From the IMG/VR virus record IMGVR_UViG_3300037692_000224, positions 1 through 36,898 of that record: a DNA stretch of 36,898 nt. One strand, 5' to 3'. This document shows positions 36,055-36,898 of the stretch, in pieces. A program made the position numbers and the translations under genes. Under the pieces are notes generated by a model. That model had not been told where the DNA came from and did no database searches. It worked only from the letters and a program-made list of their open reading frames with translations. This DNA comes from a virus. Its lineage: Duplodnaviria; Caudoviricetes. Numbering within the stretch: the first letter of the stretch is position 1; each line of letters starts with the position of its first letter.

Positions 36055-36504
36055 ATGAAATTTTGTGCAGCGTTTTATAAAGCAACACGGCCCGGCATAG
36101 CAGGATTATATAACCGGCTGGTGCGCTGGTGGGACAACGGCAAATATAGCCATTGTGAGCTGGTATTCTCTGACGGGTGCGCGGCCTCAGCTTCCTTTCT
36201 TGATGGCGGGGTTCGGTTTAAGAAGATCGATTTCAACCCGCAACGCTGGGATTTCATAGACCTACCTGTAGGCCAAGAGGCCGTAGCCAGAAAGTGGTTT
36301 ACCGACCATAAGGGCGAAAAGTACGACTTGATCGGGAACCTCCGCTTTGCGCTGGATTTCTTGCCGGATAATAAAAACAAATGGTTCTGCAGCGAGGCCC
36401 TGGCTGATGCCTTGGGTATCTCCGAGCCGTGGAGATTAGGCCCAAACGGACTGGCGGCGGTCTTAAAAAACAACACAAACACGGTTCCAGTGCTCAGTTG
36501 TTAG
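36055..36504 (+). CDS. Putative permuted papain-like (NlpC/P60) protein
   Basis: YSHCELV precedes G.KYD and WFCSE, the His-before-Cys order of permuted NlpC/P60 enzymes. Confidence 0.65.
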   Translation: MKFCAAFYKATRPGIAGLYNRLVRWWDNGKYSHCELVFSDGCAASASFLDGGVRFKKIDFNPQRWDFIDLPVGQEAVARKWFTDHKGEKYDLIGNLRFALDFLPDNKNKWFCSEALADALGISEPWRLGPNGLAAVLKNNTNTVPVLSC

Positions 36505-36522
36505 GGTGTTAGTTTGAAATCT

Positions 36523-36560
36523 AAACAAAAAAGAGGCATAGATCCGCCTCTTTTTTGTTT
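36523..36560. terminator. Bidirectional intrinsic terminator at the end of the late operon
   Basis: AAACAAAAAAGAGGC-atagatcc-GCCTCTTTTTTGTTT, a 15-bp perfect inverted repeat. Confidence 0.85.
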
Positions 36561-36632
36561 CAAGAAACATAGCAGTTTAAGGCTCAATAATTTCAAATTA
36601 AAGAGCGTTAAAAAACTCGATTATTAACGCTC

Positions 36633-36705
36633 CAGGTCTCAAATCAGGTGCACATCAGGTCGCAAAGCAACTGCCCACAGGTCGCAAATCGCGCGCCCCG
36701 CTACA
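36633..36705. repeat. Right end (attR-like) with three putative transposase-binding sites
   Basis: CAGGTCTCAAATC (36633), CAGGTCGCAAAGC (36656) and CAGGTCGCAAATC (36678) at 22-23 bp period, ending CCCCGCTACA at 36705. Confidence 0.82.
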
Positions 36706-36898
36706 CTACACCCGCTACAAAAGCAGCACTTTTTATTTCCCAACCAGCTATCCTCCCCCTTGACTTTTTAAAAATATTTCGTATTAGTTAATATTAACAA
36801 TGAACAAATATTAATTAACCGCGTGTACCCTACCCTACTGTCTTTCAGCCACGGGAAATCAGGTGAGTTCTCATGAATATTGGGACGTCGATCAGAAG

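Larger units (their letters stand above)
371..36705 (+). mobile_element. Mu-like transposable prophage (non-contractile tail), apparently complete
   Basis: Left end TGTAACGGGGTACGAGTATTGAGACCTG matches the reverse complement of the right end, TGTAGCGGGGCGCGCGATTTGCGACCTG. MuA/MuB, gemA/mor and Mu-type terminase, portal, gpF, gpG, protease and gp36 genes occur in Mu order. Confidence 0.93.

Noticed and set aside
2400-36480. Numerous antisense and alternate-frame ORFs in the six-frame track
   Set aside because: They are shadows of the coherent plus-strand phage genes, without motifs or ribosome-binding sites.

Overview
Nearly the whole window (about 371-36705) is one apparently complete Mu-like transposable prophage with a non-contractile tail (tube and tape measure genes, no sheath gene recognised). 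It is bounded by TG...CA inverted ends carrying repeated transposase-binding-like sites. Gene order: membrane moron, repressor, ner-like gene, MuA, MuB, early accessory genes, gemA, mor, antirepressor module, lysis, terminase, portal, head, tail, tail fibre. Main highlight: the Mu gpF-like head morphogenesis gene has an in-frame TGA exactly at the first Cys of the family's CRC motif, followed at once by a SECIS-like hairpin, making it a candidate phage structural selenoprotein. Other highlights: a diversity-generating retroelement (12 of 12 VR/TR differences at TR adenines) targeting the tail fibre with no avd gene; a type II hammerhead ribozyme in the early operon; a P1-type C4 antisense RNA with two matched targets controlling an ORF6N antirepressor; seven GTAG-type REP-like palindromes, one inside the portal ORF; and an A-AAA-AAG tail chaperone frameshift. 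All calls were made by eye and no database searches were run.
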